A stretch of DNA of 64,000 bases from an uncultured Draconibacterium sp. GTDB lineage: Bacteria; Bacteroidota; Bacteroidia; Bacteroidales; FEN-979. The stretch lies in contig CAYHGE010000001.1 in the NCBI GenBank assembly GCA_964355945.1, positions 48,259 through 112,258 of the forward strand, in the 5' to 3' direction. Below the pieces are notes generated by a model. It had not been told where the DNA came from, did not search any database, and saw nothing but the letters and a program-made list of their open reading frames with translations. Of this stretch, positions 49,468-59,791 are shown piece after piece; within the stretch, counting starts at the first letter, position 1; every line of letters starts with the position of its first letter. The position numbers and the translations under genes were made by a program.

Positions 49468-49648
49468 CGAATTCGTTCACAAAAATTGTAATTTTAATCT
49501 CATTAAAATGCCCCGGCCAGGTAAACTTTTAACAATGTTATGAACAGGATTCAGGCAGAAACAAATTGTTATTGAATACCTCTCAACATTGTCATGGTCA
49601 ATTTCTGTTTGAAATTGTCTACCTTTGATTTTTGAAAAGTCCCTGACG

Positions 49649-50743
49649 ATGAAAATTGCTGAAATTTTACAGTATCTTGAATCACGAGCTCCGATTTCGT
49701 TGCAGGAAGATTATGATAATTGCGGTTTACTTCTGGGTGATAGTGAGTCCGAATTCAGAAAAGCGCTCCTGTGTCTCGACATAACGGATGCTGTGATTGC
49801 CGAAGCTGTGAGCAAAGATTGCAACCTCGTAATCTCACACCATCCTTTTATTTTTAAGGGCCTGAAAAAGATAACCAAAGGCCAGCCGGAAACTTCGATA
49901 ATTACCGCTGCGATCCTTGCTGACATTGCCCTGTATGCCATTCATACCAATCTGGATAATACGCTGCATGGATTAAATGCTTTCGCCCTTTCTAAATTGG
50001 GAATCTCCAGCTACCGGATATTGATGCCTAAATCAGACTTTTTATCTAAAATAGCAGTTTTTTGCCCGATTGACCATGCTGAACCTGTCCGGATGGCACT
50101 TTTTAATGCGGGCGCAGGCCATATAGGTAACTATGATTGCTGTAGTTACAATATTGAAGGACAAGGAACTTTCCGGGCTTCTGATCAGGCTGATCCTTTT
50201 GTAGGTGAGAAAAACATCCTTCATCTGGAGAAGGAGGTGCGTATTGAGGTGATTTTTCCGCGATACCTTGAAAAACAGATTGTCACGGCTTTGATTGCAG
50301 CGCACCCTTATGAGGAAGTGGCTTACGATCTTTATCCTCTTCAAAACCAGATGAGACAGGCTGGCGCCGGCTTGATAGGTGAATTTGACGAACCATATGA
50401 TGAAAAAGATTTTCTCGAACTGGTCAGGAAGAGTTTTGACATCCCGGTGGTCAGACATTCTCCTTTTCTTTCAAAACCGGTTAAGTCGGTTGCATTGTGC
50501 ACAGGTTCAGGTAGTTTTTTAATCCGTGAGGCGATGAAGGCAAAAGCAGACGCATACCTGACGGCAGATTTGAAATACCACGATTTTTTTGGACTTGAGA
50601 ACAGGTTGCTACTGGCTGATATTGGCCACTATGAAAGCGAGATTGGGGTAAAAGAATGGCTTTATGCTGCTCTTATTGAAAAATTTCCTAATTTTGCATT
50701 CCTTATTTCAGAAGTAAATACGAATCCCGTTCATTATTTTTAA
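49649..50743 (+). CDS. Nif3-like dinuclear metal centre protein with PII-like insertion
   Basis: QEDYDNCGL, HHP, HTNLD, GAGHIGNY, HPYEE, GSGS, GHYESE. TACCTTTG at 49620-49627 supports the start at 49649. Confidence 0.93.
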   Translation: MKIAEILQYLESRAPISLQEDYDNCGLLLGDSESEFRKALLCLDITDAVIAEAVSKDCNLVISHHPFIFKGLKKITKGQPETSIITAAILADIALYAIHTNLDNTLHGLNAFALSKLGISSYRILMPKSDFLSKIAVFCPIDHAEPVRMALFNAGAGHIGNYDCCSYNIEGQGTFRASDQADPFVGEKNILHLEKEVRIEVIFPRYLEKQIVTALIAAHPYEEVAYDLYPLQNQMRQAGAGLIGEFDEPYDEKDFLELVRKSFDIPVVRHSPFLSKPVKSVALCTGSGSFLIREAMKAKADAYLTADLKYHDFFGLENRLLLADIGHYESEIGVKEWLYAALIEKFPNFAFLISEVNTNPVHYF

Positions 50744-50753
50744 AAAAGTTTAT

Positions 50754-51671
50754 ATGGCAAAAACAACAAGCAATCCAATCGCTACCTCCAAGCCATCAAA
50801 ATTAGCAAAGAAAACTGTTGCTAAGGAGATTGTTCCGGCTATTTCGGATGTTGCAGCAATTGAAGAGGTGATCGAAGAAAATATTGTTGAAAAGGTTGCT
50901 CCTAAGGCCAAAGCAGAGGTTAATGAGGAAAAAGGCGAAATCACGATAGAGAAGAAATTAATTGCACTTTACACTCTGCAACAGGTAGATTCTCAGGTAG
51001 ATAAAATTCGTATCATCCGTGGCGAACTTCCATTGGAAGTACAGGATCTCGAAGATGAAATAGCAGGGCTCGAAACCCGTGTCGACAATCACATTCAGGA
51101 AACCCTTGTGATGGAGAAAGCTGTTACGGAAAAGAAAACCGCCGTTAAAGATGCTCTTGCCCTGATAAAAAAGTATGAAGATCAGCAAATGAACGTGCGT
51201 AACAACAGGGAGTACGATTCATTAACGAAGGAAATCGAATACCAGAACCTGGAAATTCAATTATCGGAAAAAAGGGCCAGGGAGTTTCAGGCCAGCCTTG
51301 ATTTAAAAAAAGAGGAGATTGAAAATTATCAGAAATTGCTTCAGGATCGCAAAAATGACCTCGAGATCAAACGGAGTGAACTCGACGACATCATTGCCGA
51401 AACCGAGAAGGAAGAAAACGACCTGATGGTTACTTCCGAAAATAACAAACAATTTATTGAGGATCGGTTACTTACTGCCTATTCCCGGATCAGGAAAAAT
51501 GCCCGCAACGGACTTGCAGTTGTTCAGATTGAACGCGATGCATGTGGCGGTTGCTTTAATAAAATACCTCCGCAACATCAGCTCGACATCAGGATGCACA
51601 AGAAAATTATTGTTTGCGAATATTGCGGCCGGATTTTGGTTGACGATGGAATCGTGAATGCAATGCATTGA
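50754..51671 (+). CDS. Coiled-coil protein with C4 zinc ribbon (DUF164/CT398-like)
   Basis: LQ.VDS......RGELP.EV.DLEDE, RNNREY, CGGC...CEYCGRIL; follows nif3. Confidence 0.9.
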   Translation: MAKTTSNPIATSKPSKLAKKTVAKEIVPAISDVAAIEEVIEENIVEKVAPKAKAEVNEEKGEITIEKKLIALYTLQQVDSQVDKIRIIRGELPLEVQDLEDEIAGLETRVDNHIQETLVMEKAVTEKKTAVKDALALIKKYEDQQMNVRNNREYDSLTKEIEYQNLEIQLSEKRAREFQASLDLKKEEIENYQKLLQDRKNDLEIKRSELDDIIAETEKEENDLMVTSENNKQFIEDRLLTAYSRIRKNARNGLAVVQIERDACGGCFNKIPPQHQLDIRMHKKIIVCEYCGRILVDDGIVNAMH

Positions 51672-53221
51672 TGGCCACGAAAATACCAGCGCGGAAGGCA
51701 CCGTGTATCAGGATTCTTCTGATCATGGGTGCCTTTCTGCTTTTTATCCCGCCATCACATTCACAATTTGACTTTAACCAAAACTGCCAGCAAGCATACC
51801 AGGCGGTTTTTTCATTGAATTTCCCTCAAGCGCAAAAAATTATCTCAATCGAGAAAAGAGAATCACCTGATAACCTGATTCCAGTCTATCTGGAAAACTA
51901 TATCGATTTTCTGACACTGATTATTGGGGAAGAACAAGCTGTTTACGATCAGCTGAAGAACCGAATGGATGGCAGGATTACGCTGCTGGAAAAAGGCCGT
52001 AAAGACTCCCCCTATTATAATTTCTGTTTGGGACAGGTTTATCTGCAGTGGGCTTTCGCAAGACTTAAATTCGGGGATTATACCACTGCTGCATTCGAAA
52101 TTCATAAGGCTTATGATCTCTTCGGGGCGAATGAAAAAAAATACCCTGATTTTTTAATCAATAGGACCGGCATGGGGGTGCTTCATGTGGTGGTGAGCCT
52201 TATTCCCGACAATTACAGGTGGGTCAGTTCACTGATTGGCATCAGCGGGTCAATGGAATCAGGTTTGAAAGAGATCAGGCAGGTTGCAGATTATTCCGGC
52301 AGTGACCATATAACCATGATGTATAAGCAGGAAGCGGCTTTCTTTCTGGCATTTTTGGTGCTGAATGTGCAAAGAGATAAAGCCCGGGCGATGCAAATGC
52401 TCGATTTGATGAAGAATCAGGAAGGAGATGACCCTCTTTCTCCAAGTCCGCTGATGATTTTTGCCAGAGCAACAATCCTTATGAAAAACGGGCTTAATGA
52501 TCAGGCGATAAATGTTTTGCATGAAAGAACTTCAGGTGTGCAAACATTTGGTTTTTGCTATCTCGATTATCTCGAAGGCGTTGCAAGGCTTAATAAACTT
52601 GACCATGGAGCTTCCCGGTTTTTTGAACAGTTTATTTCAGGCTTCAGGGGACGGAACTACATTCGCTCCGCATACCAAAAGCTTGCCTGGATTTCATTAT
52701 TGCAGGGAGATTCTCTTGCCTATCGCAAACAGATCAACCTCGTCTTGACCAAAGGAGCATCCATGGTTGATGAAGATAAACAGGCAGAAAATGAGGCGAG
52801 GCAGGGTGTGCCACCGAATGTTGTATTGCTGCGTGCCCGCTTGTTGTTTGATGGAGGGTACTACGATATGGCAGTCAATGAACTGCTGAATAATTCTGTT
52901 AAAATTGCGGTCAAATCAAAGCGTGACCTTCTGGAATACACCTATCGTCTTGGCAGAATTTACCATGAAACCGGAAATCTTGCCAAAGCCCTTGAGAATT
53001 ACCGTCAAACTGTTATCAGGGGTAAGACTGAACCGTACTATTTTGCGGTAAGCGCTGCTTACCAGATGGGATTACTGTATGAGAGCAAGGAGGCTTATGC
53101 GAAAGCCGACAGCGCTTATCGTCTTTGTCTGTCGATAAAATCTCCTGAATATAAAACCAGTCTTCACCAAAAGGCAAAGGCTGGTCTGAACAGGCTGAAG
53201 AAAGTCAATCCTAAAACCTGA
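51668..53221 (+). CDS. Exported tetratricopeptide-repeat protein
   Basis: Signal-like N-terminus; LLRARLLFDGGYY, YRLGRIY, TPR-like helices, HQKAKAGL. Confidence 0.75.
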   Translation: MMATKIPARKAPCIRILLIMGAFLLFIPPSHSQFDFNQNCQQAYQAVFSLNFPQAQKIISIEKRESPDNLIPVYLENYIDFLTLIIGEEQAVYDQLKNRMDGRITLLEKGRKDSPYYNFCLGQVYLQWAFARLKFGDYTTAAFEIHKAYDLFGANEKKYPDFLINRTGMGVLHVVVSLIPDNYRWVSSLIGISGSMESGLKEIRQVADYSGSDHITMMYKQEAAFFLAFLVLNVQRDKARAMQMLDLMKNQEGDDPLSPSPLMIFARATILMKNGLNDQAINVLHERTSGVQTFGFCYLDYLEGVARLNKLDHGASRFFEQFISGFRGRNYIRSAYQKLAWISLLQGDSLAYRKQINLVLTKGASMVDEDKQAENEARQGVPPNVVLLRARLLFDGGYYDMAVNELLNNSVKIAVKSKRDLLEYTYRLGRIYHETGNLAKALENYRQTVIRGKTEPYYFAVSAAYQMGLLYESKEAYAKADSAYRLCLSIKSPEYKTSLHQKAKAGLNRLKKVNPKT

Positions 53222-54674
53222 AACCAATCGTAGTGGATACTGTATTGGTATAGTTGCTGATGGCTGCAGGATTCACCATTCTTGCATCATAGAGGTAGTA
53301 ATCCTGGTCCATCTTTGACCATACATAAGTTACATCGGCAAAAAAATGTTTTACCCGGTATCCGAAGCCACCCGAAGCCTGGAACCGTTCACTGTTGTTC
53401 GTCCCGCCGGAATAGGGATTGCTGAAATATCCAAAACCTCCACGGATCAGGAAATCGGAGATCCTCCACTCTGTTCCAAGACGAATATTGCCCCATGACT
53501 GGTAATCTGATTGGATCTCATGGTTGACGTTGTCATAACTGTCATATTCAGAGTTAAAACGGGCCTGGGAATAGTTTACGTATTCATAATCAGCGCTTAT
53601 CAGTCCGAATTGTCCGATAATAAATGCCATACTGCCCATTGCGCGGAACGGAGTGGTCAACCGGTAATCATAATTGCCCAAAGGAGAGACCTGGGTGTCG
53701 TTCCATGAAGGATTTGTAAAGTTTGATTGCATGGAGGCCGACCATTGGTCGCGCATCAACGGATACCACGTTGGCGTGTGAATGCTTGCTCCTAATCTCA
53801 CCCATGCAACCGGTTTGTATATAAGACCCATTTTGAAATTCATGCCGGTACCCCGCGTATGCAGATCATAATGGTATATAAGTGAAATGAAATTGGGAAT
53901 TGTATCACTCGTGCGGGTTTCAGTATAAATGCTGCTCTCGTAGTAGTTAATGGATGACACTCCAAAGGTCATACCTACAAATAACTTGTCGGAAAAATTG
54001 GCTCCGAACGAAAAATCAAATTCGTTCATCGACCCGTAAGTGGTGATTTGTTTGTTCTGAAGGACTCCGCCAAATTCAGCATCGCAGGCATATTTTCGTC
54101 TGATGGAGTCATAATATACCAGGTTGGTTCCATACGCAAGTCCGATATCAAAAGGATAGTCATACTGAATGCTATTCTCGGGTGTTTGTGCAGAATTAAG
54201 GGTGTTTACATAGCTTTGCATCAAGGAGTTCTTCGTATTGATTCCGTTTATCAAAACACTGTTGTTGAAATCGTTTAGCCTGTTAAAACCAAATCCTATG
54301 TTGAAATTTTTTAGTTCTCCTGACTTGTTTTTAGGATACGGTTTGATGTTGAATACCACCCCGAAATTTCCGATGCCAAAATTTAACCGGTAGTCTGTAG
54401 AGGTGATACCGTTGTAGGTACTGGATGCATAAGCATCAGTAGGGGCAATGGTGAACGTCATTTCCGATTTTTTATATAATCCGATTCCTGCAGGATTTGT
54501 AGCAAGGGTTGAGAAATCAGCACCAACAGCGCCAAAGGCACCACTGAGCCCGTTAAACCTGGCTGTACCACTGTAGAAGATACGGGAAAATCGCAGGGCA
54601 TCTTCCGCTGACTGGGAAAAGGTATCTGAGACGAATAAGGTAAATATAACGATGATCAAGGATGCTTTTCGCAT
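53211..54674 (-). CDS. Outer-membrane beta-barrel, FadL/OmpP1-like
   Basis: Signal peptide; DALRFS, GTARF..LSGAFGA.GAD, NPAG hatch motif, HTPTW, C-terminal IGFRF. Confidence 0.85.
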   Translation of the reverse strand: MRKASLIIVIFTLFVSDTFSQSAEDALRFSRIFYSGTARFNGLSGAFGAVGADFSTLATNPAGIGLYKKSEMTFTIAPTDAYASSTYNGITSTDYRLNFGIGNFGVVFNIKPYPKNKSGELKNFNIGFGFNRLNDFNNSVLINGINTKNSLMQSYVNTLNSAQTPENSIQYDYPFDIGLAYGTNLVYYDSIRRKYACDAEFGGVLQNKQITTYGSMNEFDFSFGANFSDKLFVGMTFGVSSINYYESSIYTETRTSDTIPNFISLIYHYDLHTRGTGMNFKMGLIYKPVAWVRLGASIHTPTWYPLMRDQWSASMQSNFTNPSWNDTQVSPLGNYDYRLTTPFRAMGSMAFIIGQFGLISADYEYVNYSQARFNSEYDSYDNVNHEIQSDYQSWGNIRLGTEWRISDFLIRGGFGYFSNPYSGGTNNSERFQASGGFGYRVKHFFADVTYVWSKMDQDYYLYDARMVNPAAISNYTNTVSTTIGFRF

Positions 54675-54703
54675 GGCTGTTAAAATTGAAAGTTACGAAA
54701 TGA

Positions 54704-56134
54704 TTATCTGCGTCTTCCGCCGCCACCGCTGCTACCGCTACCTGAAGAACCGTTGTTCCCTCCGCCTCCTGACGACCTGGTAGGGGCAGAATAGCTTCCA
54801 CCGCTGTTCGAATTCGAAGGAGGAGAATACGACCGGCTGTTTCCTGATCTTGCTGGTTCTGTAACAGTTTGTGTGTTACCTGATCTGGTGGGTGCGGTGT
54901 AATTACTATTTGTTCTTACAGGTGTGGAGGAACCTGATGAACCTGACCTCACCGTGGTGCTGTTTGTTCTGTTATTGTTGATGGGAGTTGCATTCTGGCG
55001 GGTACCGGTATTGTATGAACCAGAACCTTCCCTTGAACCTGAATTTTGACCGGTAGTTCTTGTGGATCCCGGGTTTTGCGCCCTGGGTGCAAGGTACTCC
55101 TGACTTGATTTAGGCTGCCTGTAAACCGGTGGTGAGTAACTTTGAGCATCTCCGGTACGCCGGGCAGAATTTGCATTTTCAGGTCTTGTATATTTCGGAG
55201 CTGCCTGCTGGCGTGAATTCTGGTTTTGAGCCTGGCTGCTGCTCCTTTCGTTTGTATTGCGCTGATAACCTGCCTGCCTGTCATTTGATGGACGGCTATA
55301 CCTGTATTTTTCCTGACGTGCCGGTGTGGTGCGTCCTGTCGGATCAGCAGCCACACGCGGGGATGAAGTTACACGCGGGGAAGAAGTTATTCGCGGGGAT
55401 GGAGTTACGCTCCTTTCATTACGGCTGTATGTATTGTTTTCAGGCACTACCGTATTCCTTGAATTGGGTGTTCCAGTGCCCAGGTCTGTCCTGTACAATG
55501 ATTGCCTGCTTCCGTAATAATAACCGGAATTTGAATACGAAGGGTAATATTCGTTGTACCCGTAGCAATAGCAGCAGTTATTGTAATATGGGGAGTACCA
55601 GGGGCTATATCCTCCATAATAATAGGGATATCCCCCCCAACCATAATATCCGCCATAATACGGGTAGCCCCAGCCATAATCCCAACCCCAGGAAGAATAA
55701 GGATAACCCCAACTCATGCCATAAGAATAAGATGGCCCGTAATAACCACCATACCCGCCACCGGTGCCAAGATAAATATTCACATTGGGGTCACTGTCCT
55801 GATTGCCGCTTGAATAACCACCGGAATTTGATTCAGTAAAATAACTTACCGTTGTATCCTTATTGCTGAAGCGATTGATCCGGTCGGAATAGGAATAATC
55901 ATTGTAATCACTCTCAAATGTTGACGAGGCAGGTTTTTTAGCCGCGGCTTTGTCTGGCGAAGTAATTACCTGAGCTCCCTGGCTTGTTGAAGTTGCAGGT
56001 GTAACTTTCACCCGTTCATCAATGGAGGAGGAGTTGTAAACATCATCATTTACATAAGAAGTGGCTTGCTTTTGGGAGGTACATGCGCTGATTGTCAGCG
56101 TAATCATCGCGATAATCCATGTTAATTTTTTCAT
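54704..56134 (-). CDS. Lipoprotein with Tyr/Gly/Trp-rich centre and Ser/Arg/Gly/Asn-rich disordered tail
   Basis: Lipobox ISAC, DDVY motif, low-complexity composition, GGGGRRR end. Start set to ATG 56134. Confidence 0.8.
   Translation of the reverse strand: MKKLTWIIAMITLTISACTSQKQATSYVNDDVYNSSSIDERVKVTPATSTSQGAQVITSPDKAAAKKPASSTFESDYNDYSYSDRINRFSNKDTTVSYFTESNSGGYSSGNQDSDPNVNIYLGTGGGYGGYYGPSYSYGMSWGYPYSSWGWDYGWGYPYYGGYYGWGGYPYYYGGYSPWYSPYYNNCCYCYGYNEYYPSYSNSGYYYGSRQSLYRTDLGTGTPNSRNTVVPENNTYSRNERSVTPSPRITSSPRVTSSPRVAADPTGRTTPARQEKYRYSRPSNDRQAGYQRNTNERSSSQAQNQNSRQQAAPKYTRPENANSARRTGDAQSYSPPVYRQPKSSQEYLAPRAQNPGSTRTTGQNSGSREGSGSYNTGTRQNATPINNNRTNSTTVRSGSSGSSTPVRTNSNYTAPTRSGNTQTVTEPARSGNSRSYSPPSNSNSGGSYSAPTRSSGGGGNNGSSGSGSSGGGGRRR
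55353..55406. repeat. Three imperfect 18-bp tandem repeats encoding (V/I)T(P/S)SPR
   Basis: ACACGCGGGGATGAAGTT / ACACGCGGGGAAGAAGTT / ATTCGCGGGGATGGAGTT. Confidence 0.8.
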
Positions 56135-56194
56135 AAGGCGGTCTTTTTTAATATCTTGGTCTTGTTTGCATCTGAGGGATCGGGATAATTTTCG

Positions 56195-56202
56195 TATTTT
56201 TG
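56195..56202 (+). promoter_or_regulatory. -7 promoter element (TATTTTTG) for proS
   Basis: TAnnTTTG match. Confidence 0.5.
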
Positions 56203-56254
56203 CCCAAGTAAAATGCGAGCGATAATTTAACAACATTCATACCAAACTGATAAG

Positions 56255-57730
56255 ATGGCTAAAGATTTTCCAACAAGAGCAGAAAATTATTCCCAGTGGT
56301 ACAACGACCTGGTTATTAAAGCTGATTTAGCTGAAAATTCAGCTGTACGCGGATGTATGGTAATCAAGCCTTATGGATATGCAATATGGGAGCGGGTTCA
56401 GGCAGTGCTGGATAAGAAGTTCAAGGATACCGGACATTCAAATGCTTACTTCCCGATATTCATTCCAAAATCATTTTTCAGCAAGGAGGCGAGCCACGTG
56501 GAAGGGTTTGCTAAGGAGTGCGCTGTTGTTACACATTACAGGTTGAAGAACTCCCCCGATGGTAAAGGAATTGTTGTTGACGAAGATGCTAAACTTGAGG
56601 AGGAGCTGATTGTGCGGCCGACCTCTGAAACCATCATCTGGGATACCTACAGGACGTGGATTAAATCTTACCGCGACCTTCCCCTCCTTATTAATCAGTG
56701 GGCAAATGTTGTGCGCTGGGAGATGCGAACGCGTTTATTTCTAAGAACCACAGAGTTCCTCTGGCAGGAAGGGCATACTGCCCACGCCACCAGGGAGGAA
56801 GCCATTTGTGAGGCTGAAACGATGCTGAATGTTTATGCCGATTTTGCCGAAAACTGGATGGCCATTCCTGTAATTAAGGGAACAAAATCGCCAGCTGAGC
56901 GTTTTGCCGGTGCGATTGAGACATATGCTATTGAAGCGTTGATGCAGGATGGGAAAGCACTCCAGGCCGGTACATCCCATTTTTTAGGACAGAATTTCGC
57001 GAAAGCATTTGATGTAAAATATCTGAATCGTGAAAATCAGCTTGACTTTGTGTGGGCAACTTCCTGGGGTGTATCCACCAGGTTGATGGGTGCACTGATC
57101 ATGACACATTCCGATGACCATGGCCTGGTTCTTCCGCCAAAATTGGCCCCGATACAGGTTGCAATCGTCCCGGTATTCAAAACGGCCGAACAACTTGCAC
57201 AGATCTCTGAAACAGTGCTCCCCATAAAGGCTGCACTCGAAGCCAAAGGAGTCACGGTAAAATATGATGACCGTGATACGCAGAAGCCGGGCTGGAAATT
57301 TTCGGAATATGAATTTAAAGGGGTGCCTGTGCGTCTCACCATCGGCCCCAGGGATATTGAGCAGGGTACAGTTGAAGTTGCCCGTCGTGATACCCTTGAG
57401 AAAGAGACACTGCAGATTACAGATATTGAGAATAAAATCGTTCATCTGCTTGACCAGATTCAGAAGAATTTATACGACCGTGCGTTCTCATTCCGTGAAA
57501 ACAATACATTCAGGGTTGACAGCTGGGATGAGTTCAAAAAGGTGCTTGATGAGAAAGGGGGCTTTATCTCTGCACACTGGGATGGTACGGCTGAGACTGA
57601 GGAGAAGATCAAAGAGGAGACAAAAGCCACCATCAGGGTGATTCCTCTTGACAATCCCATGGAAGATGGGAAATGTGTTTATTCAGGAAATCCTTCAAAG
57701 CAGAGAGTCCTTTTTGCTAGGGCTTACTAA
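56255..57730 (+). CDS. proS: Proline--tRNA ligase (archaeal/eukaryote-like type)
   Basis: [49 protein letters not shown]-terminal FARAY. Confidence 0.99.
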   Translation: MAKDFPTRAENYSQWYNDLVIKADLAENSAVRGCMVIKPYGYAIWERVQAVLDKKFKDTGHSNAYFPIFIPKSFFSKEASHVEGFAKECAVVTHYRLKNSPDGKGIVVDEDAKLEEELIVRPTSETIIWDTYRTWIKSYRDLPLLINQWANVVRWEMRTRLFLRTTEFLWQEGHTAHATREEAICEAETMLNVYADFAENWMAIPVIKGTKSPAERFAGAIETYAIEALMQDGKALQAGTSHFLGQNFAKAFDVKYLNRENQLDFVWATSWGVSTRLMGALIMTHSDDHGLVLPPKLAPIQVAIVPVFKTAEQLAQISETVLPIKAALEAKGVTVKYDDRDTQKPGWKFSEYEFKGVPVRLTIGPRDIEQGTVEVARRDTLEKETLQITDIENKIVHLLDQIQKNLYDRAFSFRENNTFRVDSWDEFKKVLDEKGGFISAHWDGTAETEEKIKEETKATIRVIPLDNPMEDGKCVYSGNPSKQRVLFARAY

Positions 57731-57742
57731 ACTCAAAACGAG

Positions 57743-58486
57743 TCATTCGGGAATTACTTTACCGGTACCGGTAATGGTTGTTTTTATCGCCTTTGGGTTG
57801 CCGGAGTAGTAAATGTTGCCGATGGAGGTAATCGTTGCCCCTAATTCATGACTGGCATTCACATAGCAGTTGTTTGAGCCACTGTTGGTTGCAAAGGTAT
57901 AGCCGGTTTTCAGTTCCTTGAGATTCAGCAGCCCAAAATCGCCTGAGAAGACACTGCTCACGTTACAAACCCCTTTAAGGATCATGGTTGCCGTTCCCAT
58001 GCGTTGAATGAAATAGCCATCGTAAACCCTGACTTTCAGGTCAATGGTTCCACATCCTCCCCAGAGGTCAATTTTCAGATATCCTGACCTGATTGTGTCG
58101 GTGCAGGTAATATCCCCGGCAGATTCATAATGAATTTTCATTAAGTTTTTTACAGAAACGTAAACATTCAGCGGGGTTGAGTAACTTCTCAGCCAGTTGC
58201 AGCTATTGTTGTTATGCAGGACGAGTTCTCGTTCTGTGACCGTGGCAACAATGCCCCCGATCAGGTTTTCACCAGCTTCTACGGTCACCTTGTTAACGGA
58301 ATCCTGGGTTAGAATTACATTCAGATTGTCATAGACCCTGATGCTGTCAAAATCAGAGATAAGACGAACCTGCCGGGTGACCGGTCCGGTGGTTGAAATG
58401 CACTTGCCGCCGTTTTTACCGCAAGAACCGAGGAATATTCCAAGCAGGCAAACCCAAAGTATAACAGAATAACGAAATTGTTTCAT
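57743..58486 (-). CDS. DUF2807 (head GIN domain) lipoprotein
   Basis: Lipobox LGSC; F..I.V.DN.NV.L.Q, NN.CNW.RSY, beta-solenoid repeats, GNIYY.GNP. Start at 58486 gives an ATGA overlap with the upstream gene. Confidence 0.8.
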   Translation of the reverse strand: MKQFRYSVILWVCLLGIFLGSCGKNGGKCISTTGPVTRQVRLISDFDSIRVYDNLNVILTQDSVNKVTVEAGENLIGGIVATVTERELVLHNNNSCNWLRSYSTPLNVYVSVKNLMKIHYESAGDITCTDTIRSGYLKIDLWGGCGTIDLKVRVYDGYFIQRMGTATMILKGVCNVSSVFSGDFGLLNLKELKTGYTFATNSGSNNCYVNASHELGATITSIGNIYYSGNPKAIKTTITGTGKVIPE

Positions 58487-59682
58487 TTGACAGTTTTTTT
58501 TCCATACAAAACATCGAACCTGTAGCCAAGGCCCCATCCGATATAATCGGCCCTTCCCCAATGAACTTTAATCATCACCGAGGCATAAAGATTTTTCGTG
58601 AAGCCATACTGAACGGATATTTTCTCATACAGCGGGCCGTTGCTTTTTTCTTTTCCACCAAGATAATATCCCAGGTTGAAAATAAACGCCAGGCGCGACA
58701 TGACCAATTGGTACGCTCCGTTGATGCCGGGCCGGATGATACTCATCTTGTTGTTCACCGGGATCCCGTGTAATTCCAGCCATTTGATTTGAGAAGGGTC
58801 GTAAGAGCAGTCAATTCCGATTCCGAATTTGCTCTTCGGACTGACCTGAAGAAACGAGGTTCCATAAAAATGTGATACCCAATAGCTTTTTCCATAAACA
58901 GCCTGCATGTTTTTATACCCGGCATATCCGCCAATATTTACTTCAATGGTTTTTCTGATAATGGCTGAGAAAGGCTTGGTGGGTGCATAAAACCGGTCGT
59001 CGATATTTTGATTTTCCTTGAATGGACGATAGGCGATTCCAACATGCATCAGCATGGCATTAATTCCGTAATTTGGTTGTTTCAGGGAACCATTCGAGAA
59101 GTGCTGAAGGCCCAATCCTGCCGTGGCAGAAAGGAAATAGTTGATCCGATAGCGCACCTCCGCCATCAGGTTTACAGCTGCGTTGAGGTGTGATCCGATT
59201 GCAAGGTTTTTGTAATTGGTGATCCGGTCGAAAGGATGTGTGATATAGCCAAGACCCAGTGCGAACCGGAACCCTGCAGTGAAGGTTTTGGTTTTATACA
59301 ATGGGAAATTTATATAAGGCATCATGGCCAATCCGCTTCCCAGGGAAGCATTGTTGCCAAGACCTGAATAAAGCAGGGCAATCCCGATGATCGGATAGTT
59401 GTAATCGCGTTCCCACTGGCGCTTTCCATAAGTAAGCTGCTGAATGTCAAGTTCGAATACCGGGAAGTGAGCATTGAAATATTCCAGCTCAAGGTGTTGT
59501 GCATAGAGAAAACCATAATGTACTTTACCTTCAACGATCAGATTCGAAGAAAACAGCTTATGTTCGAATTGTGCAGAAGCAAGGCTCACTTTGATCGTGA
59601 TGATCAGTATAATACCAATAGACCTGAGCAGTGCAGAAGTTTTAATAATATTTGGGTCCAAAAACAGGGTGCTGTGAAACAA
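58483..59682 (-). CDS. Acyloxyacyl hydrolase / PagL-like outer-membrane barrel
   Basis: W...YNYP..G, LGLGY...FD...N..N.AIGSH.N, QHFSNG (HxSN), PNYGIN, H...AD...GLGY. Start codon uncertain. Confidence 0.75.
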   Translation of the reverse strand: MFHSTLFLDPNIIKTSALLRSIGIILIITIKVSLASAQFEHKLFSSNLIVEGKVHYGFLYAQHLELEYFNAHFPVFELDIQQLTYGKRQWERDYNYPIIGIALLYSGLGNNASLGSGLAMMPYINFPLYKTKTFTAGFRFALGLGYITHPFDRITNYKNLAIGSHLNAAVNLMAEVRYRINYFLSATAGLGLQHFSNGSLKQPNYGINAMLMHVGIAYRPFKENQNIDDRFYAPTKPFSAIIRKTIEVNIGGYAGYKNMQAVYGKSYWVSHFYGTSFLQVSPKSKFGIGIDCSYDPSQIKWLELHGIPVNNKMSIIRPGINGAYQLVMSRLAFIFNLGYYLGGKEKSNGPLYEKISVQYGFTKNLYASVMIKVHWGRADYIGWGLGYRFDVLYGKKTVK

Positions 59683-59791
59683 AAGGCAAATTTATGTTGA
59701 ATTGTTCGGTTTCTTGCATAATCGGTATCCAATTCCGTTAATTAATAACGTGGCAGATTTGAAATGCTTATTTTTGTGAAAAATATATTTC

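Noticed and set aside
49421..49590. Perfect DnaA box TTATCCACA (49421-49429) plus degenerate look-alikes; possible oriC
   Set aside because: The perfect box lies inside a CDS (encoding IVDK), the others have mismatches, and no clear unwinding element or dnaA gene is present. GC-skew analysis would be needed.
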